The notes beneath the pieces were generated by a model, which saw only the letters and a list, made by a program, of their open reading frames with translations, was not told the DNA's origin and ran no database searches. Both the position numbers and the translations under genes were made by a program. From Selaginella moellendorffii (taxonomy: Eukaryota; Plantae; Lycopodiophyta), in contig NW_003314315.1 of NCBI RefSeq assembly GCF_000143415.4, forward strand, positions 434,001 to 498,000: a stretch of 64,000 nt of DNA. The letters run 5' to 3'. Positions within the stretch are counted from its first letter, which is position 1, and each line of letters starts with the position of its first letter. This document shows positions 33,230-45,924 of the stretch, one piece after another.

Positions 33230-34690
33230 TTTTAGAGCTCTAAGTAAAACTCTGACCATCGCAGCAGAGAAAGATTTGGAGTTCGTGCGCTACAAGGATT
33301 AGCCTCCGGCGAGAGGAGCTTGTTGACTTCTCCCCAGAGCTTAAGGCGCTGGGCGGTGCCGTGACGGCGCTCCCGCCGGGTGACGTGCGTCATCACGACG
33401 TTCTTGTGGGCTGGGACGGAGAAGTCGCTTGGGTGTGCCGAGGGTCGTGTTTTGGACGTCCACCATGACCGAGTGCCGTGTATAGTAACTTATCGAAGCT
33501 CGGAGCTTGCCAGTACGCGATCAGCTTGGGCTCTATGTCACGCTCTCGAGAATAACCTTGCCGCGGAAGTTTGGATCTGTGGCATGGAGTAGCGGTGTAG
33601 TCCAAGGCCTTGAGGTCCGGAAGTCCTGGAATCTTCACCGTGGTTCCGAAGTTATCTTCACCATGGTTCCGAGATCTAGCAATCCAAGTTATCTTCACCG
33701 TGGTTCCGAGATCTAGCAATCCAAGTTTTCTAAGATCACAAAGAAAAAGTTTGGAATTCGCGTACCTTTGATCGCATTCTCGGAGATGACTCCCTGGAAG
33801 GCAATGCGGTGAGAGCTCTTGAGCTATGAGGAATCAAAATCGGTCCTCTCTATCTGAACATCTCCACCGGGGACGACGATCCAGACGATCCAAACCAGGT
33901 ATTCCATGGCTGACAACAGGAGCCTCGATCGGTTCTCTACATTCCAGTCCCGGCAGTCGAATTCAAGCAGATAGCCCTGGAGGATGCATTCGCAGGCTCT
34001 TTCTGGCAACTGCGGGGAAGTAGGGAAATGTCGCCCTCGCTCACCAGAGCGCTGCCGGCAGGGATCACTTCGTCCAATTCCTCTGGTCTTTTGCCAAGAT
34101 CTCTGGAGGAAGAGCGTCCAGGAGCGGCACTCACGGCATCCTAGGAGCAAGAACAAAAGAGAGCAAACCGGTCAACACTCTAGTCAACACATAAGTTAAC
34201 GCCCAGTCTTACCAGCATGGTTCCGGCATGTTCTCGAGCGAGAGCAGGAAGCTCTGGCTTTGTTCTTGCTTGGCCATGGAAGATCGGTGCACGTCCATGT
34301 GCGCTTGGAGCAAGGCATGCACACTGTCCTCAGCTTGGGCAGCGAGAGATCCATTTGATCCATGGGAAGCAATCGCCGATGTGGAGGCCCCCGCTGAGCT
34401 CATTCGCGCTGGATCAAGCGGATGAAATCGTCCACATCGAAGCTTCGGCTCGTCCCAAACACGAGCGCTTGCATGATCCCGAGGACAGTCAGCTCCTGGC
34501 TCATGTTCACTGACATGCTCGTCCAAGTTCCTGGCCACGATCTCGATGACGCTGCGGTTTCTATCGACTTCCAGAGCCTAAAATCTAATGGCTTGCTTTG
34601 GTCGCCATGACAGAGATGGTTGAGGGCAAACAGTGATGCTCGGAGAGTGATGACCTTTACAACAAGAGAATATTCTCAAACTTATGCGTA
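33230..34690. pseudogene. Mosaic of UGT and P450 fragments in mixed orientation
   Basis: 33255-33505(+), 33505-33790(-) and 33790-34010(+) match the UGT at 35365; 34060-34520(-) is a P450 fragment; 34540-34690 matches the 5' part of the UGT at 31640. Confidence 0.85.
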
Positions 34691-35364
34691 AGCATAAGGA
34701 CCAGAATGTCTCCTAGTGTTGCTGTTGGTGTGTGTATGTGTCTATTGCTCCTCAGCTAACTCTCCCCGTGTTCACCTAACTCTTAACATAAAGCAAATCT
34801 CAACATATAAAGTTTACATTATAATCTCAACAACTCACAACACACTTGAAACTTTGCATTCATGTTTCAAGTTGGGCATTGCAAAACCATAAACAGCATA
34901 TATAAATAAAATGCTTGAGAGACCATTAAGTGATAGCTTGGGGTGTGTAAATTATGAAGCATGAAATAGCATTGAGCTTGAAGGTTGTGTGGAGCGTATC
35001 ATGTGTCGTAACAAAAAAAAATGTATTATTAAGTTTATGAGCATATCATAGCATATTTCTTGGTCACCTACTCTTTGTGATCCTTTTCTTTTGCTGAGTT
35101 CATCACACTTTTTCCAGAGCTCTAAGTAGAACTTCAAATCATAGTGGTCAATTCGTTGTGTTTTCAAGAAAGAATCAAGAGTAAAGAAAGAAAGAAAAAC
35201 AACAGTTACTAGAATTCGTGGGCTTGCTAGTTTACTGCCACGTATGAGAGCATTTGAGCGAACAACGAGTACGACGGACAAATAAAAGACAAGGAGGAAC
35301 GAGCTCAGCTATGCTGGAGCAGAAAACCATCAGAAAAGGAAAACTTTGAATTCTTCTCGGAGCT

Positions 35365-36818
35365 ATGGAGGAACAACACTTGGATCACATACACATTCTC
35401 GCAGTGCCATTCTTCCTCAAGGGCCATGAGATCCCTCTCCTCCATCTCTGTCGCCATCTCCACTCTCTCACTGGCGGCCGGATCGCCGTCACGATCCTCC
35501 AGCTCCCGCAAAACAAGTCGCCACTCTCTGGAGGGGCGACACCATCGCAGCGAGAGAAAGGTTTGGAGTTTGTGCGCTACGAGGATTTGCCGCTGGAGCC
35601 TCCGGCCGAGAGGAGCTTGCAGCTCTTCCTCGACTTCTTCCCAAAGTTTAAGGCGCTGGGCGGTGCGGTGTCGGCGCTCTGGCGGCACCGCCGGGTGACG
35701 TGCGTCATCACCGACGTTCTCGTGGGCTGGGGTGGAGAAGTTGCCCGTGACTTGGGCGTGCCATGGGTCGCGTTTTGGACGTCCACCATGACCGAGCTTG
35801 CCGTGTATAGTAACTTACCAAGGCTCATCTCTGAGAATGCGATCAAAGGTACGTGAACTCCAAACCTTTTCTTTGTGATCTTAGAAATGGATTGCTAGAT
35901 CTCGAAGCCACGGTGAAGGTTCCAGGACTTCCGGACCTCAAGGCCTTGGACTACACGACGCTACACCATGCCACAGATCCAAACTTCCGCGGCAAGGTTC
36001 TTGTCGAGACCTTTGTGGAAGCCGTGCGGTATAGCACCCAAGCTGATCGAGTACTGGCAAACTCCTCCCACGCCCTGGAAGGCAATGCGGTGAGAGCTCT
36101 CGAGCTATGTGGAATCAACATCGTTCCAGTGGGTCCTCTCCATCTAAACATCTCCACCGGGGGTGATCCAGACGATCCAAACCAGGTGATTCCATGGCTG
36201 GACAAACAGGAGCCTCGATCGGTGCTCTACATTGCGTTTGGAACGGTCGCTCCAGTCCCGGCAGCCCAATTCGAGCAGATAGCCCTGGCTCTGGAATCTA
36301 CTAAGAACATCGCTTTCCTATGGGTGGTACGCCCGGAGCAGCTCAAGCTAGTACCGAAGGAATTCGGCTGTACCGCGCGGTACGCTTTCAAGTCTGGTGA
36401 CACCGTTAATGGGACGGTATACCGCGGGCTGCTAACCGACTGGGCACCCCAGGTTGCGGTCCTCGGGCACCGTGCAGTGGGCGGTTTCTTGACGCATTGT
36501 GGATGGAATTCGATCTTGGAGAGCATCACTGTTGGCGTTCCTGTGATCTCGATGCCTCGAATGGCCGATCAGTGCTTGACGCGCAAGATCTTGGACGAGG
36601 AGTGGGGGGTTTCGGTACGATTGGGTAACACGGTTACTGACGCTGTGAGCAAGACCGATTTGGAGGCTGCGATCGAGGAGCTCATGTTTGAAAGGCGGGA
36701 TGAGCTTGGAAAGAAAGCGAGCGATCTTGGAGAACTCGCTAGACAGGGCATGGAAGAAGGAGGATCTTCTCGATCCGGCATCGATTCCTTGGTCAAAGAC
36801 CTTTTACTGTGGAAGTAA
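35365..36818 (+). CDS. Family 1 UDP-glycosyltransferase, one intron (~35850-35898)
   Basis: GHEIP and PSPG WAPQ...HCGWNS...DQ. Confidence 0.94.
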
Positions 36819-36856
36819 ACGCTAGTCAAAAATTTCTTTATTGGTATTTGAAATTT

Positions 36857-37344
36857 CTAGAAGTGGAGTACGCGTAGATCGAAGGAGAACGTGGAATTGA
36901 TGTCCTCCACGATTCGATCGACGAGAGCGTAGCCTTTGGCAAACAAAAACTCGCCAGTGCCAGTAGCGATTGGGAGCTGACCACTGGAATTCGTGACGGC
37001 GCTGAGAAACGTAGGCTACTGCCCTGGAATTCGTCTAGAGTGAGCGTCACAGACACCAGAGATGTGAGGCTATCCATCGACACCACCGTGCTCGTCCCTC
37101 GAATCCTTCCTACTTCGCGGGAATCGCTCGATCGGCTCACAGTCACGGGATCATCCACGACCGCGATGGCTCCGAATGGATTCGCCGGGTTTCCCAGGCT
37201 GGGAACTCCAGTGGTGACGAGGAAATCGGTGACATTGAAGAAGTCCTGCCAAAAAAGCCTGCGGTGAAGGGATCTCGCGCTGGAAATCTGGAGAGCGACA
37301 AGCGCGATGGCCGAGAGGAAGAGTAATTTGTTAACGCTAGCCAT
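36857..37344 (-). pseudogene. Dirigent protein gene with a 1-nt frameshift near 37012
   Basis: Signal peptide, FGAIAVVDDP, VGRIRG; the alternate frame gives LPIATGTGEFLFAKGYA...VLHF stop. Confidence 0.85.
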
Positions 37345-37449
37345 TATGGAGAAATTTTCAAGGAGAAACGAAGTTTTAAACCAAAAGTTTGGTGCCAACC
37401 AACCAAAGATCTAGTGCCGTGTTGAGAACAACTATAGAAAAATCTACTT

Positions 37450-37610
37450 GGTTCTTCCTAGAAGTTCTTCCAAGAAGTTCTTCCATAGAATCTATTGTCC
37501 AGTCAATTGCGAAGACAAAATAATCAACGAACTAGAAGTTCTTCCCAGAAGTTACCAGGAGTCAAAAAAAACTATGACTCTCCAGTCAAGAAAAGTCAAT
37601 CGTAGTCAAC
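37450..37610. promoter_or_regulatory. W-box cluster and AGAAGTTCTTCC repeats in the DIR/UGT divergent promoter
   Basis: Five AGTCAA (TTGACT on minus) at ~37501, 37560, 37583, 37593, 37603. Confidence 0.45.
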
Positions 37611-37819
37611 GAGAAAGTTGGCACGGTAGCCAAGGAGAACATAAATTTAAAGGCTGCCATGCACCGATTGGTGGGAGTATCTACACGTCCACAAGCATCC
37701 ATAATGGAACTTCTGGCCACTGTGCTTTTTCAGATCCGCCGTGATCCCCGTGACACAGTTTTCTCGCATATAAGTTCATCCATTTAGTCTATCAAGCATT
37801 GTCTTGCAAGTCTAGAGCA

Positions 37820-39278
37820 ATGGTGGACGATCAGCAAGTTCCACACCTCCTCGCCATCCCATTCTTCTTCCGGGGCCACGAGATCCCTCTCCTCCACCTC
37901 TGCCGCCACTTCAAATCCCGCGGAGCAAAGTTCCTCGTCACGATTCTTCGCACCTCCCGCAGCAAACCCACTGCTCCTCCCAAGGATCTGGCCGGGTTCG
38001 TGAGGTTCGAGGGGTTTCCAGACGATATCAATCTCCCGGCCGAGAGGAACTTGGAGCTCTTCATTCAATTCTTCAAACGGTTCCAGGGGGAGCTGGGCGA
38101 CTTCGTGCTTGACAGGTGGCAGTGCCGCCCGGTAACGTGCGTCATCTGCGACGTGCTCGTGGAGTGGGGCGAGCGCGTCGCGCGGCACCTGGGCGTTCCA
38201 TGGATCGCGTTCTGGACGTCCACCGTTTTGGAGATGGCGATGGCTTCCCACGTTCCACGGCTCATCGCGGAGAATGCAATAAAAGGTGAGTGAACGAACC
38301 AAAAGGAGAGGAAGCTCACTGTGTTTTTGCATAGATCCCGAGAGCATCATCAAGATTCCAGGCCTGCCGGATTTCCAAGTCCGCGACTACGTCACTCTGT
38401 CCAACGTGATCAATCCGAACTTCCCCATGAAGTTCATGATCGAGTCTCTCGTTGATACCGTGCGGCGTACCGCCGGGGCCGACATGATCCTCGCTAATTC
38501 CTCCGGCCTGCTAGAGGACGACGCTATCAAAACGCTGGAGAGCTCCGGGATCAAAGTCACTCCAGTCGGTCCCTTACACCTGATCGATCAAGACAACGAT
38601 CCCAAAGATCCAGACAAGGTAATCTCGTGGCTGGACGAGCAAGATCCAGCCTCGGTTCTCTACATTTGTTTTGGAACGGTGGCTCCAATGCCGGTTGGTC
38701 AGATGGAAGAGCTCGCAATGGCTCTTGATTCCACCGGAGTATCCTTTCTTTGGGTGGTGAGACACGACCACTTGAAGGACATACCGCCGGGATTCACCGC
38801 CAAGCACGGCATTTCCAACGGTACCAACGGTACAAATGGCGGTACCAACGGGTGTACCGCGCGGCACCGCGGGCTGCTAACCGACTGGGTGACCCAGCCG
38901 CGCGTCCTTGGGCACCGTGCCGTGGGCGGCTTCCTCACGCACTGCGGCTGGAACTCTGTGATGGAGAGCATCACTGCGGGAGTCCCGATGATCACGCGGC
39001 CGCTCATGGGCGATCAAACGCTGACAGCCGCGATGCTCAGGCAGGCATCCATGCCCGCGATCGCGCTCCCGACATCAAAGGGCGGTGCCGTGACCAAGAC
39101 GGAGATTGTGGCAGCCATCGAGGAGCTCATGGTGAGAGAGAGAGGCGCGGAGCTCCGGCGCCGTGCGGGTGATGCTGCGGCGCTCGTTCGCAGTGGGATG
39201 GAGAACGGCGGGTGCCTGGATTCTCTCGTCACTGAGCTCAACATTCTCGCCAAGAACCCTAAAAATCGTCTTGCCTAG
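37820..39278 (+). CDS. Family 1 UDP-glycosyltransferase, paralog of the 35365 gene, one intron (~38286-38334)
   Basis: GHEIP and PSPG WVTQ...HCGWNS...DQ. Confidence 0.94.
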
Positions 39279-40377
39279 ATTCACACTATATTTCAGTCAA
39301 TAAAGTTTGACTTTGCTTGTTTAATTACCTCTCCATCCATTTTAACAACTTCTCTATTTCATAGCGCCTGAATTATGTAACTTCAGGAAACATGCTGCTA
39401 AACTCTACCTTTGTTTTCGAGAGTTTATTATGCAATGTATAATTGAGAGACCATTGTATGTACACAACCAAAGTAACAATTGCAAATTTAAAATCTATCA
39501 AGCTCTATCCAAACAAAGCTCGCGAAAAGCAAAACAAGCCCTAGAACAGATTAGAATCAAGATCTCTGCCATAATTGCCAGCCAAAACGATCTTTTGAGA
39601 TAATTGCCTGAAAATTGTAAATAGAATTGGACCAGGATACATGGTAGATTGGGAGCTTCGCATTTACAAAGCTCTTTCTTCAATGGGATAGATCGATCTC
39701 ACGCAGAATTGGAGGCTTTTGAAAGACACACTGGGAGATGGCCAAAGTGGACATGCAAACGGAGTTCTTTGATCTAAGACCAAAGACCAAAGTTTTCAGG
39801 TCCACTTTGGATTGGCTTGGATGCCCAGCGTCTCTCTTTTCAGCCTGCAATTCTGAGCTCCTGTCATGGTGAATAGTGAGATCAACATGGTGATGATGAT
39901 GCAGACCGAGACCAATGCCCATTTGAAGAAAGAGCTCTGTCATTGCAAAGCTCCCAATCTGCCCATCCTAGGAGCTTCGCTTTGGTTCCGTTCACAATTT
40001 TCAGGCAATTATCTCGGAAGAAAGATATATGCCATTTCTTTCCTCCAATTGTGAAAGTCTAAAGATGGGAATGTGAATTGTTGCCAACATTACATTCAGG
40101 CTTTGCTCGCGGATCCGGCGATCACTGTGTTCCAGACCATTGCATCGTGCCAGGGTATCCACGAGAAGACGTGATCGGCGCAGCGGAGGTCTCCCAGCGG
40201 CGACATACAAGAAGAGAAAAATCCAGAAGCACGCAAGATTATTTGAATAACAAAACGAACCTTATCAATCAGATAGGGTGCTCGTGCATGAAATGTGTGA
40301 CGAAACTCTAGGCAAAGAATGTCATAAGATGACGTCCTCTATTTCACAGCGCCTGGCCAGTATAATGATTTTTTGAA

Positions 40378-40647
40378 GTGTGAAATGTACAAATTCTGAT
40401 CCACCATCTGATACGCAATAAAATCATTGATATGCTTACCTAGAGGAGTCGCTTTTCAAAATCCATCAATGCTTTCCATCTCGTTCTTGCCAATCTTCTA
40501 AACAACTTGAACCCTGTCACATTTACCACCACTCGAAGTTCTACAGAGGATTGGCAAGAATTAGAACTGATGGATTTTGAAAGCAAGTAAACATATCAAT
40601 GGAAGACAGATTTTATTGCGTATTAGAGATTTGAGTACATTTCACGC
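40378..40647. ncRNA. 270-nt fold-back hairpin, candidate MIRNA precursor with P450-derived stem
   Basis: Five nested complementary blocks; 40477-40499 is identical to P450 coding sequence. Expression unknown. Confidence 0.6.
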
Positions 40648-40750
40648 CACACAATATAGTGAGTTGGCAGTAGGTCACGAACGTATCCATTAACAAAGCA
40701 AGAGCAGATTTTAATAAACACACTCTGTTTATTCTAGTCAATATGCTTCA

Positions 40751-42313
40751 TTACTTGCGGAGAAGTGGAACCAATACAAGTGGACGAGCCCGCATGAGCG
40801 TGAACCCGACCCCCTCGCCCACGTCCACCTCTTTACCATCCGGTGTTGTCCAGTTGAACCTGTAGAGAAGATTGGCAAGAACGAGATGAACAGCAGTCAA
40901 CCCCAAGTTCATCCCCGGGCAGGATCGCCGGCCAAAGCCAAACGTCATGAGTTCCACGGCCGCATTGAATTCGCTGCTCATCCTCTCCGGGATGAACTCC
41001 AGAGGATTCTCCCAGATGCTTGGATCCCGGCCGATGGCGTAGAGGTTGATCAACACTTGGGTCTTGGCTGGGATCGTGTAGCCAGCTTCTTCAAGCTTTC
41101 ATACACGTTGATAACAAATTCAGAGATCTAGCGAGGATCAAACCTTTTAGACTACTTACCTTACAGTCGGTAGTGGATTCGCGTGGAACCATGAGTGGCG
41201 CCGGAGGGTGCTTGCGCAGGGTCTCCTTGACAATCGCGCCGAGGTACTTGAGCTTGGGAATGTCGGCCTCGCTCACCATGGCGCTACTAGCAGGGATCAC
41301 GTCGTCCAATTCCTTCTGAGCTTTTGCCAAGATTTGTGGATGAAGAAGTAGCTCTGTGAGGGCCCATTCTATCGCTGTGGCAGTCGTGTCCAGCCCTGCA
41401 CTCACAGCATCCTAGCAAGGACGGCCAACGAGTTAGTCAACACTCAAGTCAACCCCAGTCTTACCAGCATGAGGCACCGGATGGTAAGATCTGACATGTT
41501 GTCGAGCGAGAGCAAGACGTCCAGGAAGCTCTCGCCGCCATGTCCTTGCTTGGCTATAGAGGATCGGTGCTCTTCAATGTGTGCTTGAAGCAAGACATGG
41601 AATTTGGTTGCTAAGGTTCTCAGCTTGGGCAGCGAGAGATCCATCCATTTAAGCCATGGGATGTAATCGCCGATGTGTAGCCTCCCTCCCAGCTCGTTCG
41701 CCTGGTGGGCCAAGCGGAGGAAATCGTTGGCACCGAAGGTCCGGCTCGTCCCAAACACGAGCGTTTGCATGATCTCCAAGGTGAGGACGCTGAGCTCCTG
41801 GGTCATGTTCACCGTTCTTCTCAGATTCTGGGAGAGCATCGCCAGGAACTTCTCCATCTCCGCTTGCCTCACTGCCGCAAAGCTCCCCACGCGGCGCGCG
41901 GTGAAGAGCTCGAGCGTGCAGATCTTGCGGAGCTCCCTCCATCTCGCGCCATAGCGCGCGAAGACGAGATCGTCTGGGAGGATCGCCTCGGCAAACGTGA
42001 GCGATGGCCGCGAGGAGAAGATCCTGTCGTGTGTCTTGAGAATCTCTTGGGCGATCTTGGCTGAGGAGATGACGAGCGTGGGGGTGTAGCCCAGGCGGAG
42101 GTAGAAGATCGGGCCGAGCTTCTTGGCGAGATCGAAGAGGATGAGATGCGACCCGCGGGAATTGCTGGCCAGGAGTGGAATGTGGCCGAGGATTGGAAAG
42201 GCCCAGGGGCTTGGAGGCATGACATGAGAGCTGCGTGATTTAGATCGATCATAGTAGAAGATCACCAAGATGAAAGAAGCCAAGAAGGCGAAAAAAGCTG
42301 TGATGTGCTCCAT
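40751..42313 (-). CDS. Cytochrome P450, CYP71 clan, copy 1 (3 exons, appears intact)
   Basis: N-terminal anchor, PPSP hinge, [23 protein letters not shown]. Confidence 0.95.
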
Positions 42314-44567
42314 GGAAGTTTGGAAATGTAGTGTGTCCTTATATACACTTCAAATGGAAACTTCGGAAGCCTTCGCATGAGAAACAACCCTTCTAGAAAA
42401 TAAAGATGTTATTTTTGTCTTATTTCAATATGCCTTTTGTTGAGCAACAACCTTTCTAAAAAATAAAGAATTTCGATATGAATTCCATACCCACATATGG
42501 AGAATTTTGAACTTAGGTTTTAATTGTTGTAAATGGTGTTAAGTTAAGCATATTTTAACTCATCCTTAGTATGGATTAATTATAGTGTAATCATGCCAAA
42601 TGTGATTTTGAGGTTTTTCCCTTTTATCTTGATATTTCCTTATGTTTCTTTTCATTTTTATTCCTCTTTGTCTTGTGTTAACAGTGTGAAATAGATGTGG
42701 GAAACTAAAGAGATAGTTTGAATTGATTTAGCGCAAAACACTAAGTCAAACTCAAATTAGGTGGTATTAGCATAATGAAGCTCCTACAAAGCATGGAACT
42801 CATATGCTCATGCTTCACACACTTAAGGATATCTATTGCCACCTTTTGATCATCTCTCCAAGTCCTCAGACACTAAGTAGTAACCAAGAAGTGAATGACA
42901 TCCTCTTGATGAACCTATTTGTATCTCATAGTAGTCTAGTTCGCTTGAGAAAGTCGGCCACACACAAGAGGTGCTCGCATGATAAGTCTATTATCCACAT
43001 TCATATTATCACCATCTTATACCATACATGAGGATTATACAGAGTGGAAATGCCTAGAAAACTAGAAGCAGAAGCATCATCTCTTATTTCAAGTTTTTCC
43101 TTTCTAATCATCCCCAAAGGATATAAATGAAGAGTTAGTTGTGTCTTAGCACAAGGGTCACCACATCTATGATTCCTATATCACAAACACTTAAGAATTG
43201 AATGGAATTGTTTACTTAAGAAATAGACCTCTCACTATGGACAATCGATAAGTACAAAGTAATCAAATCCAATTCCTCTGAGATAAGAAAAACTTTCCCT
43301 AAAAAAAGCAACCACCTTACATCAACCAAGTTTATGATGCATTTTATACACAAAAATAATAGTAATTTCAAACGTTTTAGTAATTTTTAACATAATTATA
43401 ATTATAATATACATAGCTAATACAACATAATATAATATTTATATAAAAATCCCTTTTACAATTGACCCTATCACCATAATATAACAAATATAACTTATAA
43501 CATAATATAACATTTAAAACTCGGAATGCTAAGTGAAGTTTTGAGTGTTCTACTGAGATGAAAATGCCAGCTATGGGATCTTATGGTTAAATGAGTTGTT
43601 TAAAGCTTGGCAATTTAAATGAGGCTTGGTAGTAAAGGAATGGATATAATTATGGTTATCTTGGACTTCAACTTGGGTCCATCTCAGACTCAATTTCAAC
43701 ACTTCCATGTGTTATGTGTTGGTCAGAAATCCATGATTGGGTTTGTTAACCAGTAAAAAAGGAGAGATTACATATTTAAATTTGACCCTGTATATGATTA
43801 ATTATAGCAAACTTGGAAAATTAAATATTATGGATAACTATCTAAATAAATAAAACTTGGAGCTAAAAAAATTACATTAGTTATAGTTACTGAAGAGACA
43901 AGTTTTATATGAGATGAATTTAGAGTTAAAATTATTGAAGTGAAGGTTACAAAATACTGAAATTAATGTGATAATTTAAAGTATGTGTAGGAAATAATAC
44001 TTAATTATTTGGATAGTAATTATTAAATTTACACATATCAATACAAATGGTAAGAGTATAAAAATTACTTTCAAGTAAGATAAAAGTGAAGTAGTGACAT
44101 AATATATGGAGGATCATCTCTAATCTAATATAAAGGAGTTGAATAGCTCGAGTTATTCCATTTGATAATAAAGTCATCAGTGAAATTAATCATTCCTTTA
44201 AAAGTCCAAATAAGCTATTCACTAAACCATCTATATATGGATGATAAGCACTTGTAAAAGTATAATGTATCCCTAATCAAGATATTAAAACATGAAATGC
44301 CTTAGCCATAAATACAAAACCATTACTTGAGATAAATTGCTCTAAATAGAACACCACTCAATTGAGGAAGTATTTAATAACAATTGCTAAGTCACTAGCA
44401 AGGGCATTGATTTCCATTTAGTGAGTCAAGTAGTCAGAGGCAACAATGACATATTCATTATTAGTAGTTAATTGTGGAAAAAACCTCATTAGATCAAACA
44501 CTATTAACTCAAATGGACGTAAAATTGCAATTGATTTCAACCATCCTTTCGTAGTACGAGGGAGAGT

Positions 44568-44930
44568 TGTAACACTCCTGAGTTTGGACTTCCCGGGAGG
44601 TCACCCAGCCCAGTACTATTCAAACCCAAGGACGCTTAACCCCAAGTATCCCAAGACCCTTAACCGATTGGAAAAGGGGGTGCACTCTTATTCATGGGCC
44701 CTTTCCCTCTATATTTGAACCCCATGGATCCTCTCTCAAGTCGTTCCCTTTGGTTGCTTACAATCCACCACGCTTCCCTGCAAGTTCACGCCCTCGTGAA
44801 CGGAAGCTGAGAGCCGCAGCTCTCCCGAGAGCCCTGCTCTCTTGACACCCTACCCCTCGGGTCGAGCCCAGCGGGAGCAAACTGGACCAGCCAGATGTTA
44901 ATCAACATGTGGTGTGATTCCCTTAACCAA
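44568..44930 (-). mobile_element. Cassandra-like TRIM fragment: one 195-bp LTR with 5S rRNA promoter segment, PPT and internal region
   Basis: LTR 44568-44762 with TGTAA...TTACA ends; 44640-44586 closely matches the plant 5S A/IE/C region; absent from the paralogous Gypsy copy near 56298. Confidence 0.85.
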
Positions 44931-45924
44931 ATTACGGGCTTGGCACCAAATACAACTACATATATATCAAATAATATCATATTGCATCTCCAGCTAATAG
45001 AAAGACTTTGTAGCTTCTTAATCATACACTAATATCCCATATGTCTACCTAGAATAAGAGAGTCTATGATAAATATGGAAAAAGCATAAATAAATATCAT
45101 AAGTACCACTAGTTATAAATGATCATCAAGATAAATCCCAATAATAAAAAAGGTCATCTTTAAGGTGATATTGAAAATATAAATGTTAAAATGGCAAGTC
45201 ATTAGTAAATGATGTAGAATTATTAAATCCCTCACAAAGCCTTTGGATCCATAACTCAACCTTTTGAGCCTCACAAACATCATTATGTGAAAGTAAATCT
45301 TGCTTTACACTTTGTGAATACTAAACATTAAATATATCAACTGTCAACGGCACAAAATCCTCATCCAAGAAATTCACAGGTGTTGGAACAATAAGCTCAC
45401 TAGGAATCTTGAGAAAGGGTATCAACATTATCCATAAAACTTCCTAGGCAATGAACAACCTTTAAATTGTATATCTAAAGCTTTAGAGCATTTACTACTA
45501 TGACTAACCAAGTTCTTTTACTTTAATAATAAAGTAATTATAATATGATCACCTTTTAATAATATTCAAGAACCATGCAAATATGCATAAAACTTTTCAA
45601 AACCCCAAACTATTACTAAACATTCTTTTTTTGTTGTAGAGTAGTTCATTTCTACTAGTTGTAATGTACAATTGATATATGCAATGAGATAATGTTGACC
45701 AGTTACACTTGTAGTTTCTTGCATTAAGACATCCCTAAAACCAATATCCAAAACATCCACATGCAAAATGAAAGGTCAAATGTAGTTAAGATACACCAAA
45801 ATTAGAAGAGTTGTTAACAACCTTTGAGATCTATAAATGCTTGTTCGCAGTCCTTAAACCAGATAAAAGATGATATTGACAATTTCAATAACACTCGCAA
45901 TAGTGCAATGTGATTAGAAAGATG

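Noticed and set aside
33640-33725. CRISPR-like repeat
   Set aside because: Simple tandem duplication of UGT intron/exon sequence with no spacers; eukaryotic context.
44586-44640. 5S rRNA gene
   Set aside because: Only ~55 nt of the internal control region, embedded in an LTR; no 5' half or terminator.
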